Origin: Myxococcota bacterium
GTDB lineage: Bacteria > Myxococcota_A > UBA9160 > SZUA-336
Direction of reading: 5' to 3'
DNA length: 64,000 nt
NCBI GenBank assembly: GCA_965247115.1
Contig: CBDFGR010000003.1
Span: 1,024,001-1,088,000, forward strand
Shown here: positions 1-9,950 of the stretch, piece after piece
Numbering within the stretch: the stretch's first letter is position 1
How the letters are laid out: the number at the start of each line of letters is the position of its first letter
Position numbers and translations under genes: made by a program
Notes under the pieces: generated by a model
Seen by the model: the letters and a program-made list of their open reading frames with translations, nothing else
Told to the model about the DNA's origin: nothing
Database searches by the model: none

Positions 1-272
1 AGACCGTGGTCGGCACGCTCAGATGGGAGATGGACATTCAAGCCGCAGTGGACATGCCGAACATCGTCGCGCGCGGAGAGCGCGTGCGGGTCGAAACCGT
101 CGGCGACGGAGACCGCTTTGCTGCGCTTTTGAGGGAGATGGGCTACGACGTCCAAGAACGCGAAGGCGAGAACTCCGGCCTGCACGCAATCCTCGTGAGC
201 GACGGGCGGTTGAACGGCGCGCCCGACCCGCGCCGGGAAGGCCAGGCGATCGCGGTCGACACTCCCGAGTAG
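1..272 (+). CDS. ggt: Gamma-glutamyltransferase, C-terminal part (runs off window edge)
   Basis: MDIQAAVDMPN...SGLHAI...GAPDPRREG matches the C-terminus of the GGT small subunit. Confidence 0.85.
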   Translation, partial: TVVGTLRWEMDIQAAVDMPNIVARGERVRVETVGDGDRFAALLREMGYDVQEREGENSGLHAILVSDGRLNGAPDPRREGQAIAVDTPE

Positions 273-403
273 CAGCGAGGTACCTGTTAATAATGCCAGT
301 TCCCGCTGCCAGCTCCCTGAGGTAGCGTATCCGGGAGATCGCTCGCACCGACGGTGCTGGTTCACCACGCGCAAACGCAATCGGGCCGACAGGGAGAAAC
401 GCA

Positions 404-850
404 TTGGGCACGCTGCCGACGCGACAACAGAAGCGTATCCAGGAGCGGCGGGGACACATCGGTCGGCGCCTGCGCGATGCTCGCCACGCCAAGGGCCTGT
501 CACAGGCAGAGCTGGGACGGATCGTAGGCTGCAGCAAGTCGCATCTCAGCCAGCTAGAGGGCGCCACGGGCACCTACAGCTTCAAGATCTTCCTGGCCGT
601 GTGCGACGCCCTGGACGTGGATCCGTCCTTCATCTTCGCGGGTGTGGCCGTGCGCAAGCTCAACGAGCCGTATCGGAAGTTCGAGCAATACCTCTCGAAC
701 CTCGGATCCGAGGGCATGGAGTTCCTCCTCTCGCTAAAGCCGGACGAGATCCGCCTGCTGTACTCGAGGGCGGTCGAAGCCGTCCTGTACCACCGCGAGC
801 GGGACAGCGGTCGGATCCAACCGCCGAAGCTTCGGGACGCCGGCGCCTAG
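404..850 (+). CDS. XRE/Cro-C1 family HTH transcriptional regulator
   Basis: IGRRLRDARHAKGLSQAELGRIVGCSKSHLSQLEG, HTH_3 pattern. Confidence 0.85.
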   Translation: MGTLPTRQQKRIQERRGHIGRRLRDARHAKGLSQAELGRIVGCSKSHLSQLEGATGTYSFKIFLAVCDALDVDPSFIFAGVAVRKLNEPYRKFEQYLSNLGSEGMEFLLSLKPDEIRLLYSRAVEAVLYHRERDSGRIQPPKLRDAGA

Positions 851-1095
851 CGCTTCACCATTCCCGAACGAGCCTCAGGCCGGCGAACCGGGAGTCCGAT
901 AGAGATCGCGAGGGGGGCCCCGGGAGTCCCGCTTTGTAGCCAGCGTCCTGGTCGGCCTACTGCTCTAGGCCGCCGTGGGGCCCTCCTCAGCCGCTACTTC
1001 TCTACCGGAGCAGCGCGATCCGCGCGGAGCTGGAGCGGCTCCGCAAGTGGAGGCGGGGCGAGGAGTAGGGACGCCGGCTTTCCGACGAAAGTCTC

Positions 1096-1935
1096 TTAGG
1101 TTTCGCGGCCGCTTCCCGCTCGGGTCGTCTGCCCTATGACGAACTGTGTCAGGTTGTTGAAATGCCAGGGGCCATCAGTCTGTGGGGACATCTCGTCGAT
1201 GACCGCCTGCCGTGCTGCTTGCTGCTGGTCTGGGGGAAGGTGGGCTGTGGTGACGCCAGCCAGAGCTGTCCACGCGGCGTCAAAGCTAGGGAAGTCGAAA
1301 GAGAGCAGCTCAGTCTCGACACGGGGCTCAATCCCTGCGTCGGCGAGCTGCTCAAGGAACGGTGCAAGATCGGCTAGCGCGCCTGGTCCGATACCCGGTA
1401 CAGGTGGAGGACCGGCAAACCGGCCCGCGGCCTGCTGGAAGCGAACGGCGTCGCACTCCTCGGACCCTGCCCATACAGCAGCAATCAAGCGCCCACCTGG
1501 ACGCAAGACCCGGGCGATCTCTCGGGCCGTGGCTTCTCGGTCAATCATGTACATGAGGGCGAGAGAAGACAGCACCACGTCGAAAGTGCCTGCGTCGGCA
1601 GGAATGTCCTCGCCTCTGCCTTCGTGGAGCGAGATATTGGATAGGCTGCGAGCCGATAGTCGCTGTCGGGCCAAGGCGAGCATCTCTTTACTGATATCGA
1701 CTCCGACAACCTGGCCAGCCGGCCCGACACTCTGCGCAGCCTGCTCGAGTACCGCTCCTGTTCCGGTGCCGAGGTCGAGGACACTCTGCCCTTCTGTCAA
1801 GTGTGCCCGGACTATCAGTGCCTGGATGACTGGAGCGAACCGTTGATCGATCTCGCGAACGTAGACATCCGAGATGCGGTCCCAAACACCAACCTGCCAT
1901 TCAAGGGCTTCTCTGTCTTCTCCCGGATTCACCAC
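1096..1935 (-). CDS. Class I SAM-dependent methyltransferase (UbiE-like)
   Basis: VLDLGTGTG, VGVDIS, FDVVLS, RVLRPGGRL motifs; GTG at 1935 preceded by AGAGGA. Confidence 0.9.
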   Translation of the reverse strand: MVNPGEDREALEWQVGVWDRISDVYVREIDQRFAPVIQALIVRAHLTEGQSVLDLGTGTGAVLEQAAQSVGPAGQVVGVDISKEMLALARQRLSARSLSNISLHEGRGEDIPADAGTFDVVLSSLALMYMIDREATAREIARVLRPGGRLIAAVWAGSEECDAVRFQQAAGRFAGPPPVPGIGPGALADLAPFLEQLADAGIEPRVETELLSFDFPSFDAAWTALAGVTTAHLPPDQQQAARQAVIDEMSPQTDGPWHFNNLTQFVIGQTTRAGSGRET

Positions 1936-2033
1936 ATCGATTCCTCTACCGGCCTCCAAACGGACATGACCACGGCTATTGCCAGCAGCCCCACCACCCC
2001 AGTGTACCTCGGGCACTCCTGTACCCTTCTCGC

Positions 2034-3077
2034 GTGACACCCGGCAATGCAGCACCTCCGATCACCGACTGGATGCTTCGGCCTTTCGAGGCCACCCGTC
2101 TCCCTCCCGTCGCAGTGGGTCTTCTGCTCGGCGTGATCTTCGTCGTTGCCTCCGTGGCGACGCGGCTCTGGCTGGGCGACTTCGAGGACGTCGGCCTTGC
2201 CGCCAACCCGTACTTCTGGCTCGACATTCTGAACGGCGTGATGTTCGCCTACGTTCCGACCGCGGTCGCCTACCTCCGCCGCGGCGTCCTTCGTGACCTC
2301 GAGGAGCTTCGGCCGGTGCTGACCCTCGACGACGCCGGCCATGCAGCCGTGGTAGCACGTGCAACCTGCGTCGATCTGCGCGTACTCACCCTATCCGGAG
2401 TGATCGGAGCCCTGCTCCTCCCGTTGATGCCCCTCTTCGACCCGGCGTTCTGGCCCGGAGGGGAGCCGCCCCGGTGGTCCGCTCCAGTCATGCTCTTTTT
2501 CGTCGCCCGGCACGCGATACTCGGTTGGGTCGTCGGACACGGCCTCGCGACCGAGGCGACGATGGCGGCCGTCGTCGCACGGCTCGGAGCGAGCCACACC
2601 CGCATCGATCTTCTCGACCTCCGCCCGCTCGGAGTCTTCACGCGCCGCGCACAGCGAAGCGCACTCGCGTGGGTCCTCTACATCTGTCTCGTCTCCCTCT
2701 TCTGGCTGGGGCCCTCGGCGGGGAGCATGAACGGTGCAATCGTGATCGGAAGCCTCACCCTGATTGCCCTCGGCTTCTTCTTCTCGGTCTATGGAGTGCA
2801 CGGAAGCATCGTCCGAGCGAAGCGCGCGGCGCTCGACGAGCTGCGCGAGGAGATCCGGCACGAGCGAGGCTCGCTGCTCTCGCCGTCGGAATCCGCAGGC
2901 GTCGGGACCCCCCGGCTGGCGAACCTGATCGCTTATCAGGGGCTGATCGAGCGCGCTCGCGAATGGCCGTTCGGTGCCCCGACCCTCGTGCGTGTCGCCC
3001 TGCTCGCCATGCTCGGCCTCGCCTCCTGGTTAGGCGGGGCCATGGTCGAGAGGCTCCTCGAGGCGGCACTCGCCTGA
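2034..3077 (+). CDS. Multi-pass membrane hypothetical protein
   Basis: 347-aa ORF with about 7 hydrophobic segments and GC-rich codon usage. Confidence 0.7.
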   Translation: MTPGNAAPPITDWMLRPFEATRLPPVAVGLLLGVIFVVASVATRLWLGDFEDVGLAANPYFWLDILNGVMFAYVPTAVAYLRRGVLRDLEELRPVLTLDDAGHAAVVARATCVDLRVLTLSGVIGALLLPLMPLFDPAFWPGGEPPRWSAPVMLFFVARHAILGWVVGHGLATEATMAAVVARLGASHTRIDLLDLRPLGVFTRRAQRSALAWVLYICLVSLFWLGPSAGSMNGAIVIGSLTLIALGFFFSVYGVHGSIVRAKRAALDELREEIRHERGSLLSPSESAGVGTPRLANLIAYQGLIERAREWPFGAPTLVRVALLAMLGLASWLGGAMVERLLEAALA

Positions 3078-3210
3078 TACGCATCAAGGGGCCCTTGACG
3101 CACCAGGCACCAAGGACGACTGCTTGCCTAGCGAATAGAACGTCGCCCAAAAAGCACCAGCAGATCAGCTCCTTACAGGGTCGAACCGCTAATCCCTTGG
3201 AGTTTCGGGC

Positions 3211-3265
3211 GTTTGCTGGCGGAGCGGACGGGATTCGAACCCGCGACCTCCGGCGTGACAGGCCG
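3211..3265 (-). repeat. att site: duplicated 3' part of tRNA-Asp (left island boundary)
   Basis: gtttgctggcggagcggacgggattcgaacccgcgacctccggcgtgacaggccg is identical to 63171-63225. Confidence 0.97.
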
Positions 3266-3435
3266 ATCTTTTCACAAACTGGGGGAGTCCCGGCAGCTGC
3301 CCAAGTGCCGAAAGCGCAAGGGCTTCGGACCGCTAGCGCAGAACCACTAGCGCTCTGTCCGCGCAGGCTACCGGGCAAGTTGCGTCAAATCATGACGAAC
3401 TCCCCCCAGTGCTCCCCCCAGGCTACTCTGCCCAC

Positions 3436-4195
3436 ATGAGCTGGCTCTCCGAGTGGCGCGCGCTATCGGATCAAATCGAGGGCTTCCTGGAAGCTGGCAG
3501 GTTCTACAGGGACTTCCTGACCGTGAACTCATCCGATCCGTACTCGGTCGCCAAGAACGATCTGATACCGCGGATCAGTCAGATCTCGAGTCAGCTACGG
3601 GACTATCGCGCCGCCTACCAGTCGATTCTACCCGGCGACCGCCGCGACGGCCCTCGGGGAGGTCTCCGGTAGGCTGGATAAGGTCGTGGCGGCCACTACC
3701 CAGAGCACGCGGATGTTCACAGTCCAGGTCGGCACGACTGCGCTGGCGGCGTTCCGCGCCTCCTTCGAGTACCACATCTCTGACCACTCGTTCACAGCGC
3801 GCCGCCTCTCCGAGCGGGCGTTCATTCACCTCGAGCGAACGATCATGGTCGATGAGTCGGCCCGCTTACGGTGGCAAACCGCCTTCAATGATCGGGAAGA
3901 GGCGGTAGAGCGACTGGGAGCCGTTCACCTGCTCCAGCACGGGATCTGGGCATTCAAGGCAGACGCCGTTGGCGGGAGGACCGATCTGGTTCTGGGAGAG
4001 CCCCTGACCGATCTCGCCAGGGCAGAGTGCGCAGCCGAAGCCCTCGTCCTCGTCTCCGAGAAGGCGATCGAGGTCCCAGCAGATCGCGAGTACGAGGGTG
4101 CGACACACCATTTCGTGAACGTAGCCGTAGATCCGACGTACCATCGCGCCGCGCACGCCAGGCACAGTGAAGTTCCCGACGGTCAGCCCAACTGA
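3436..4195 (+). pseudogene. Split hypothetical protein, possibly PD-(D/E)XK nuclease-like cargo
   Basis: Two consecutive ORFs (MSWLSEWRAL... and ...HLLQHGIWAFKADAVGGRTDLV...) read as one broken gene; fold is inferred. Confidence 0.5.
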
Positions 4196-4661
4196 TGTCG
4201 CGGCCTGGTGGGGAGCAGTAGTCGCTACTGCGGTGCTCGCGTGGGACGCCTACAAGTGGCGGAAGCGAGGGGCACAGATTCAGATCAATGCCACCCCAAA
4301 AATGCGCGTGCTGAATGTCCCCGGGATTTCTCAAGACGACCGGTTCGTCTCGGTGACGGTCTTCAACACAGGGGATCAGCCGAGCACGATCACCAACCTC
4401 TGCGGATTCCACTTCGAGAGCATCTGGCATCAGATCGTTCGGTGCGGAACGGGCTTCGTCGTCGTGAATCCCGGCTTCGGTCCCGGTGTCCCTGCCGTAA
4501 TCCAACCCGGCGGACAGTGGCAAGGAGGTATCAGCCAATCCGAGCTTGAAGAGGACCCTGGGCCAGGCGGGCGCCTTTACTGCGGCGTAGCAACGTCCAC
4601 CACTCGGAAGCCAGTCTACGCGCGCGTGCGACTGCCGAAAACTGCCAGTGATGTTGGATGA
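4167..4661 (+). CDS. Single-TM membrane-anchored hypothetical protein
   Basis: N-terminal TM (VAAWWGAVVATAVLAW) followed by a beta-rich domain. Confidence 0.7.
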   Translation: MKFPTVSPTDVAAWWGAVVATAVLAWDAYKWRKRGAQIQINATPKMRVLNVPGISQDDRFVSVTVFNTGDQPSTITNLCGFHFESIWHQIVRCGTGFVVVNPGFGPGVPAVIQPGGQWQGGISQSELEEDPGPGGRLYCGVATSTTRKPVYARVRLPKTASDVG

Positions 4662-4841
4662 CGTGATCTCCGGCTCTCCGGACCCCCTTTCTACCAGGTC
4701 TCTAGCTAGGTTGCCTGCGGGATTCTATTCGTCTCGCTAGGCTGTTCAGTGGAGGCACCGGAATCGCGACCGGGGCCGCCCCTGCCTCGGGCGGCCTGCC
4801 TCCGTTTCTCTTTGGGGCACGTCGCAGGAGGCAGCGGCAAG

Positions 4842-5615
4842 ATGGCGCGCGAGAGCGGACAGAGTTGGGAAGACTGGATCGCCTGGGCATCTGAGGTCGT
4901 CGACGACCAGGTGACCCGCTGGGGCATTGACGCCAGCGAGGCCGAGGCCTTCAAAGCGCGACTCCGAGACAGCAAGACCATGCGCGAGCTCGCGAGCGGT
5001 CCGCTGCCGGATCAGGTGCGGTGCCGGCTCTCGTTCGCTGCGCTTGTCGACGCGTTGCTCGAGCCGACCGCGACGTCCCTGCGGAAGTCGGGCTTCCGAG
5101 TACCGGTGGACTCACCAGAGGGTGAGGAGCTCGTCGTTCAGATCGCGGTCCGAGAAGAAGCCGTCCAGGCACTACGGAAGGCTGGCGACGACGATCTCGC
5201 TGACAAGGCCGAGGCTCGGCTCGAGTTCGACAGATCTGCCCTTGTTCGCAAGTCAGCCGGAGCGCCTCTGTCTCTGAAGTACAGGGTCACCTACGCGCTC
5301 GAGGGCGTTCTGCGAGTCGATAACAGCATGAAGGTAACGGAGCGGCGCGAGTTGATCGCGCGCTTGGTTAGCGAGTTCGTGGAACCAGTCGGAGCTGTGC
5401 AGCTCAAGTGGGCGATCGAGGCTCAGTTGGGAAGGGATCGACGGGCGGGACGGACAGCAACCTTCCCTGTGGCCGGAGGGCTTGCTCGCAAGACGCTGGA
5501 GGCGCTCGGCCGGGCGCCAGAGGACCTCGTAGCCGATCACTTCAGCGGGTTGGTTCAGCTCGAACCGGAGCAGAACCGCTACGGCGCTCTCATCCCGAGG
5601 GACGAGGACGAATAG
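4842..5615 (+). CDS. Hypothetical protein
   Basis: Long ORF; ATG at 4842 follows a purine-rich stretch. Confidence 0.6.
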   Translation: MARESGQSWEDWIAWASEVVDDQVTRWGIDASEAEAFKARLRDSKTMRELASGPLPDQVRCRLSFAALVDALLEPTATSLRKSGFRVPVDSPEGEELVVQIAVREEAVQALRKAGDDDLADKAEARLEFDRSALVRKSAGAPLSLKYRVTYALEGVLRVDNSMKVTERRELIARLVSEFVEPVGAVQLKWAIEAQLGRDRRAGRTATFPVAGGLARKTLEALGRAPEDLVADHFSGLVQLEPEQNRYGALIPRDEDE

Positions 5616-5719
5616 GGAGGTCTGACCCACGTAATTGCTCCGCCGAGTAATCGGGGCGAAACCTGCAGGAGTTTCGTCTGTTTCTAGCTGAGTCGTGACT
5701 TGCCACGGTCTGCCCTGGA

Positions 5720-5980
5720 ATGGAACGGATCGACCCGAAGCTCGACGGCGCCTACGCGGGGACGATTCGCAAGATCGCCCGACTGCGCGGCTATCCAGAA
5801 CGCCGTGTTCGCGAAGGCGTGAAGCGGGGCGAGATTCCCGTCTACCAGCCGCCGGGTGCGTGGGCGATGGTTCGCCTGGCCGACGTCGATGCCTGGTTTC
5901 GTTCGCACCAGGTGAGTCCGACGACGCACGCGCGGGAGCGTGTTGCTGAGGTCCTCGCGCGGGAAGGGCGGCCGACGTGA
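5720..5980 (+). CDS. Excisionase-like HTH DNA-binding protein
   Basis: TIRKIARLRGYPERRVREGVKRGEIP...VRLADVDAWF, HTH_17-like. Confidence 0.7.
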   Translation: MERIDPKLDGAYAGTIRKIARLRGYPERRVREGVKRGEIPVYQPPGAWAMVRLADVDAWFRSHQVSPTTHARERVAEVLAREGRPT

Positions 5981-6600
5981 CTCGGAAGAAAAGCGCCGCC
6001 GCCCCGGAGGACGGGACGACGGCACGAGGATCTGGCGCGGATCCGGCGGGCAGCATACACCAGTCTGCGACACCGAGCAATGTCGTCCCGATCCAGCCGG
6101 AGCAGGCGGAGGTAAAAGAGCCGGAACCCTTCGGCGTCGACGACGGCGCTCTCTTCCGAACGCAGATCGCGGATGGCAAGTATCTGGTCGTCTACCTCGG
6201 TCACCAGCTGACCAAGCGATGGCGCCGCGAGATCTACGACATCGCGTTCCGCGTCGTGGACGTGCTCGAAGTCCCCAAAGGCGCCGACACCACGAACGCG
6301 ATCGGCGCGCTGATCCCGTACTTCCTGAACCGGCCGGCGAAGCTACGCCGCGGGGCCAGCAGCCTCCGCAACAAGTTCGCGATCGACTGGCGCCTCATCA
6401 CCGACCGGCTTCCACCCCGTGATCTCCGCCATGTGGACCCAGGCGACCTCTACGGGAATTGTACCCTGGCGGTGCGCGTTCAACGGATCGGCAAGGACGC
6501 ACGCGGCCGCGAGCTCCCGCGTTCGGCCTCCTACTCGGCGGTCGCTGAGGTGATCGAGCGTATTGATGGCACACCGCCCTGTATGAGGAGAAAGAGCTGA
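5977..6600 (+). CDS. Phage/satellite hypothetical protein (possibly OB-fold)
   Basis: GTGA-coupled to xis; a diverged second copy lies at 54300-54553 (-). Confidence 0.7.
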   Translation: MTRKKSAAAPEDGTTARGSGADPAGSIHQSATPSNVVPIQPEQAEVKEPEPFGVDDGALFRTQIADGKYLVVYLGHQLTKRWRREIYDIAFRVVDVLEVPKGADTTNAIGALIPYFLNRPAKLRRGASSLRNKFAIDWRLITDRLPPRDLRHVDPGDLYGNCTLAVRVQRIGKDARGRELPRSASYSAVAEVIERIDGTPPCMRRKS

Positions 6601-7089
6601 TGCAGTCTGAGCTCTTCTCACTCTGCACTGAACACCGGGCTCTTCACACTACCCACTGGGTAACGCAGGTAAGTGCCCGAGAATGCGAATGCGAACCCGC
6701 CGCGCCGGCGGGCACTCCGGCGCACTCACGATTGGGGCTCGCACCCCAGGGCCCGGGAGAGCGGGCGGAGGCTGAGCTCCAGTATTCCGCCCGCCCCTCG
6801 GGACGCAGCAGCGCTAGCGACAGTGGAGATCGTAGCCCTCAACGCGCGCCTGCGCAGCTTCGGCTCTTCGGATCATGTCATGCCCGTGATCGTGGCGATG
6901 ATGATCTCGCTGGTGGGGATGATGGCCACCACCTTCGCGCTGATCACGTGCCCGCCCCTGAGATCGCACCCCGTCGGCCACTGAAGCCACCCGCGGACCT
7001 GGCGCTGCTCGGCCAGGAGAGTCAGATCTCCGGCATACGGACCTTTACACACGAACCGCGCCGGACGAGCGCAGAGGAGGATTCAGAGC

Positions 7090-7626
7090 ATGAGCGCAAC
7101 TTCGAGTAGGTCGCAGTACATGGAAGAGCCGGTGCGGGAGGTCCACCTGGGCCCACCGCGCGGCACGCCACCGCCTCGCAGTCCGCTCGACGATCCAGCG
7201 ATTCAGCGGATGCTCGAACGCTTCGCGGATATGGGGGAGGAGAGGGCTGGCTTGCAGCGCCAGCTTGTTGAGCTGACGCAAAGACGCATGGACCTCCGGA
7301 CTGAGGCTCGCCAACGCGCTGACCGGCGGACGTACCTGGAGCAGCAGAAGCTCAAGACACCGAATGTGCAGGGACGCGAGTCCATTCAGCGGCAGATCCG
7401 CTGGCTCGACGCAGACGATAAGCAGAACGCCGACGAGCTCACCCGCGTCGAGAAGCGCTATGCCGCCCCCAACACAGAGTGGCAGGAGATCGCGCGTCTC
7501 TACGGTTCCTGCAAGAAGTATCTGATCGACGAGGTCGGCCTGCGCGAACAGGACTTACCGCCACAACCACCGATCGGCCGAAAACCGCACGAGGCGACGA
7601 CGGTAGTTGCGACAGTGAGAGGGTGA
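7090..7626 (+). CDS. Coiled-coil hypothetical protein
   Basis: GAGGAGG RBS; heptad-rich 178 aa. Confidence 0.65.
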   Translation: MSATSSRSQYMEEPVREVHLGPPRGTPPPRSPLDDPAIQRMLERFADMGEERAGLQRQLVELTQRRMDLRTEARQRADRRTYLEQQKLKTPNVQGRESIQRQIRWLDADDKQNADELTRVEKRYAAPNTEWQEIARLYGSCKKYLIDEVGLREQDLPPQPPIGRKPHEATTVVATVRG

Positions 7627-7631
7627 GGAAC

Positions 7632-8189
7632 ATGACCAAGAACCCAGACGCCACAGATCCAGTAGTCGAGCTCGCCAAGATTCGCGATCAACACAACGAG
7701 GTGTCGCTCAAGAAACGCGAGGTCGAGCAGACCCCTGCTGCCGAGGCGGAGTTGAGGGAAGGCACCAAACGCTATGTGAAAGAGACCGGAGCGAGGTATG
7801 AGTGCCCGGTGTACACCCTCGCGCCCGGCCGGCATGACTTCGAGCTTATCCCCATCCACCTCCGTAGCGAAGTTGGGCGTGGCCCGATGGCGCCTGACGA
7901 TCGCGCCGCGGTCGAAGCGTATGTGTGCAGGTTCCATGCAGAGGAGGTTCTAGCGGGGCTCGGGCGCGAGATCGACGCGTTTGTAGCCGAGCATGGGCCT
8001 GGTTTCACAGCGGACGAGCGATGCGCACGCCTCGAGAAGATCGACCAGGAGCTCAACAGGCTCGAGGTGAAGGAGGAGGCGATCATCAGGCGCGCCGCCA
8101 GACGCGGGGTACGTCTCATTCGACGAGGAGATGCCGACCCGCGGATCGTACTCGCCGATCTCGGCGATGCGTCGCCGAGAGCCGCATGA
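7632..8189 (+). CDS. Hypothetical protein of small integrative elements
   Basis: GAGG RBS; C-terminus RLEKIDQELNRLEVKEEAII...RRGDADPRIVL. Confidence 0.65.
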   Translation: MTKNPDATDPVVELAKIRDQHNEVSLKKREVEQTPAAEAELREGTKRYVKETGARYECPVYTLAPGRHDFELIPIHLRSEVGRGPMAPDDRAAVEAYVCRFHAEEVLAGLGREIDAFVAEHGPGFTADERCARLEKIDQELNRLEVKEEAIIRRAARRGVRLIRRGDADPRIVLADLGDASPRAA

Positions 8190-8391
8190 TTTCGTCCAGG
8201 CATGGCGGAATGCGCGCGCGCTTTGCAACCACCAAAGCGTGTGTATCTCGGAAAAAGGGTCGATCGTGATGCGTCCCAGGGTCCCAACCGTCCCGAATGC
8301 CGTAGTTTTCCCGCGTCCCCTGGGAGTTAATGCGGCGCGCGGCTGGGGCCCGTCCCGCCCGCCTCTCTCCCTCAATTGAGGAGACCACAAC

Positions 8392-8988
8392 ATGAGATAC
8401 CGACAGATCGGCGACGAGGTCTTCAACAGCAAGGGGCAACTCGTCGGCCGATATCCGATCCCGAATCCAAAGGGCGGCGGTTCGGTGAAGGTCCGAGACG
8501 CCATCGGTAGAACCGTCTACCTCGATGCTCGAGAAATCAACGGCTACACAGTGCCGAGTTATGCAGCCGATCCCGTCGAGCCTTCCGTCGGCGCCGACCA
8601 CAACATCGTCGTCACCGTGGACCTGGTGCAGCCGTACAGCACTCAGGGCTCGAGCCGACGCGACCTGTCGACATTCAAGCGCGACCTAGAGCTCGTCTCC
8701 GCAATCAAGTCGAGAGGTCGCAAGCTCCACATCGAGAAAGCGCGAACGGCCGCCCTCATTGCCGAGAACCTCGAAAACCTCGAAGAGCTCCACGAGAACC
8801 TGTACGAGCACACGCTCGATAGCATGGCCCAGGTCCTTTGGCGAGAGCGCAACGGCGAGGGTTGGACGCAGGCTCGCGCCGAGCTGCCGCCCTTGGCGAC
8901 ACCGAGAAGCGACGCTGCGGCCGCGGGCTGGGATGCGCTCGCCGAAAACCACTACTCGAAGGAAAAGGAGAGAGCGAATGTCCGTTGA
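8392..8988 (+). CDS. Hypothetical phage-like protein
   Basis: GAGGAG RBS, 198-aa ORF. Confidence 0.65.
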   Translation: MRYRQIGDEVFNSKGQLVGRYPIPNPKGGGSVKVRDAIGRTVYLDAREINGYTVPSYAADPVEPSVGADHNIVVTVDLVQPYSTQGSSRRDLSTFKRDLELVSAIKSRGRKLHIEKARTAALIAENLENLEELHENLYEHTLDSMAQVLWRERNGEGWTQARAELPPLATPRSDAAAAGWDALAENHYSKEKERANVR

Positions 8989-9350
8989 GCTGACTCAGGC
9001 CGAGGCCCTCGAGGTCCTGCGTGCCGCGCGTTCCGTGTTTGCGAACGCGGCGAAGAGACCGATCGGCGAAACAGGCGCTGGCCATTCGTGCTCGCCCGGC
9101 TCGACCTGATCAAGGCAGACGCCGACGCCCTAGTCGTTGTCGTCGCGCCGTAGTTGCACACGCGTGTACGACCGGGGGGAAATCAACTCGGGGTCCTATC
9201 TGGCCCTGCCCAGCACGGGTAACGCGCAGTGCGGGGTAGATCTAGTGAGAGGCCGAGTTTTCGGGCCGTTTCGTTTCGGTTTGGAGAGTGCTGGGGATGA
9301 AGGTCGAGACCATCGGTGGTCGTCAGAAGCGCGCGGACCGTAGAGAACCG

Positions 9351-9950
9351 ATGGCCGGCAACACCTACGGGGTGAGCGTGATCGCCCGGGTCCTCATGTT
9401 GGGGGAGCGGCGCGTTCAGCAGCTCGCGCGTGAAGAGATCATCCCGAAAGCCGCGCGTGGCCAGTACGACCTGATCGCCTGCGTCCAGGGTTACGTGGCC
9501 TGGCTCCAGAAGCAGATCGAGAGGCGGCAGGCCGAACGGAGCGATGAATACGATGTCGAGCGTACCCGGCGCGAACGGGCGAACGCGGAACTCGCGGAAC
9601 TCACGCTCCGTGTCAGGAAGGAGGAGCTGGTCGATCGGGCAGACTCTGAGCTCGCCCTGGTCGAGCTGGCTTCGACGATCACGACGCGGCTCCGAACGGT
9701 CCCGACAACGACGGCGCCGCTAGTCCGTGCCCTCAAAACGACCCGGCAGATCGAGGAGGTCCTCCGGAACCAGATCGACAGCGCGCTCCAAGACCTCGCT
9801 TCTGCGGGGACTGCGCTCACGGACAAAGAACCGAAGCGGCGCCCGCGAGCTGCTCGGAGTGGCGCTGGGGACGATGCGTCCGCCGCCGCGAATCGGCGTC
9901 CGAGAGTGGGCGGATCGAAAGAGGGTTCTCAGTCCGGAGGCAAGCGCTGA
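9351..9950 (+). CDS. Terminase small subunit (Nu1-like)
   Basis: wHTH IARVLMLGERRVQQL...GQYDLIACVQGY; coiled coil ERTRRERANAELAEL...EELV; directly upstream of TerL. Confidence 0.85.
   Translation: MAGNTYGVSVIARVLMLGERRVQQLAREEIIPKAARGQYDLIACVQGYVAWLQKQIERRQAERSDEYDVERTRRERANAELAELTLRVRKEELVDRADSELALVELASTITTRLRTVPTTTAPLVRALKTTRQIEEVLRNQIDSALQDLASAGTALTDKEPKRRPRAARSGAGDDASAAANRRPRVGGSKEGSQSGGKR

Noticed and set aside
3211..3265. Second tRNA-Asp gene
   Set aside because: Only the 3' part up to the anticodon stem is present; it is the att duplicate.
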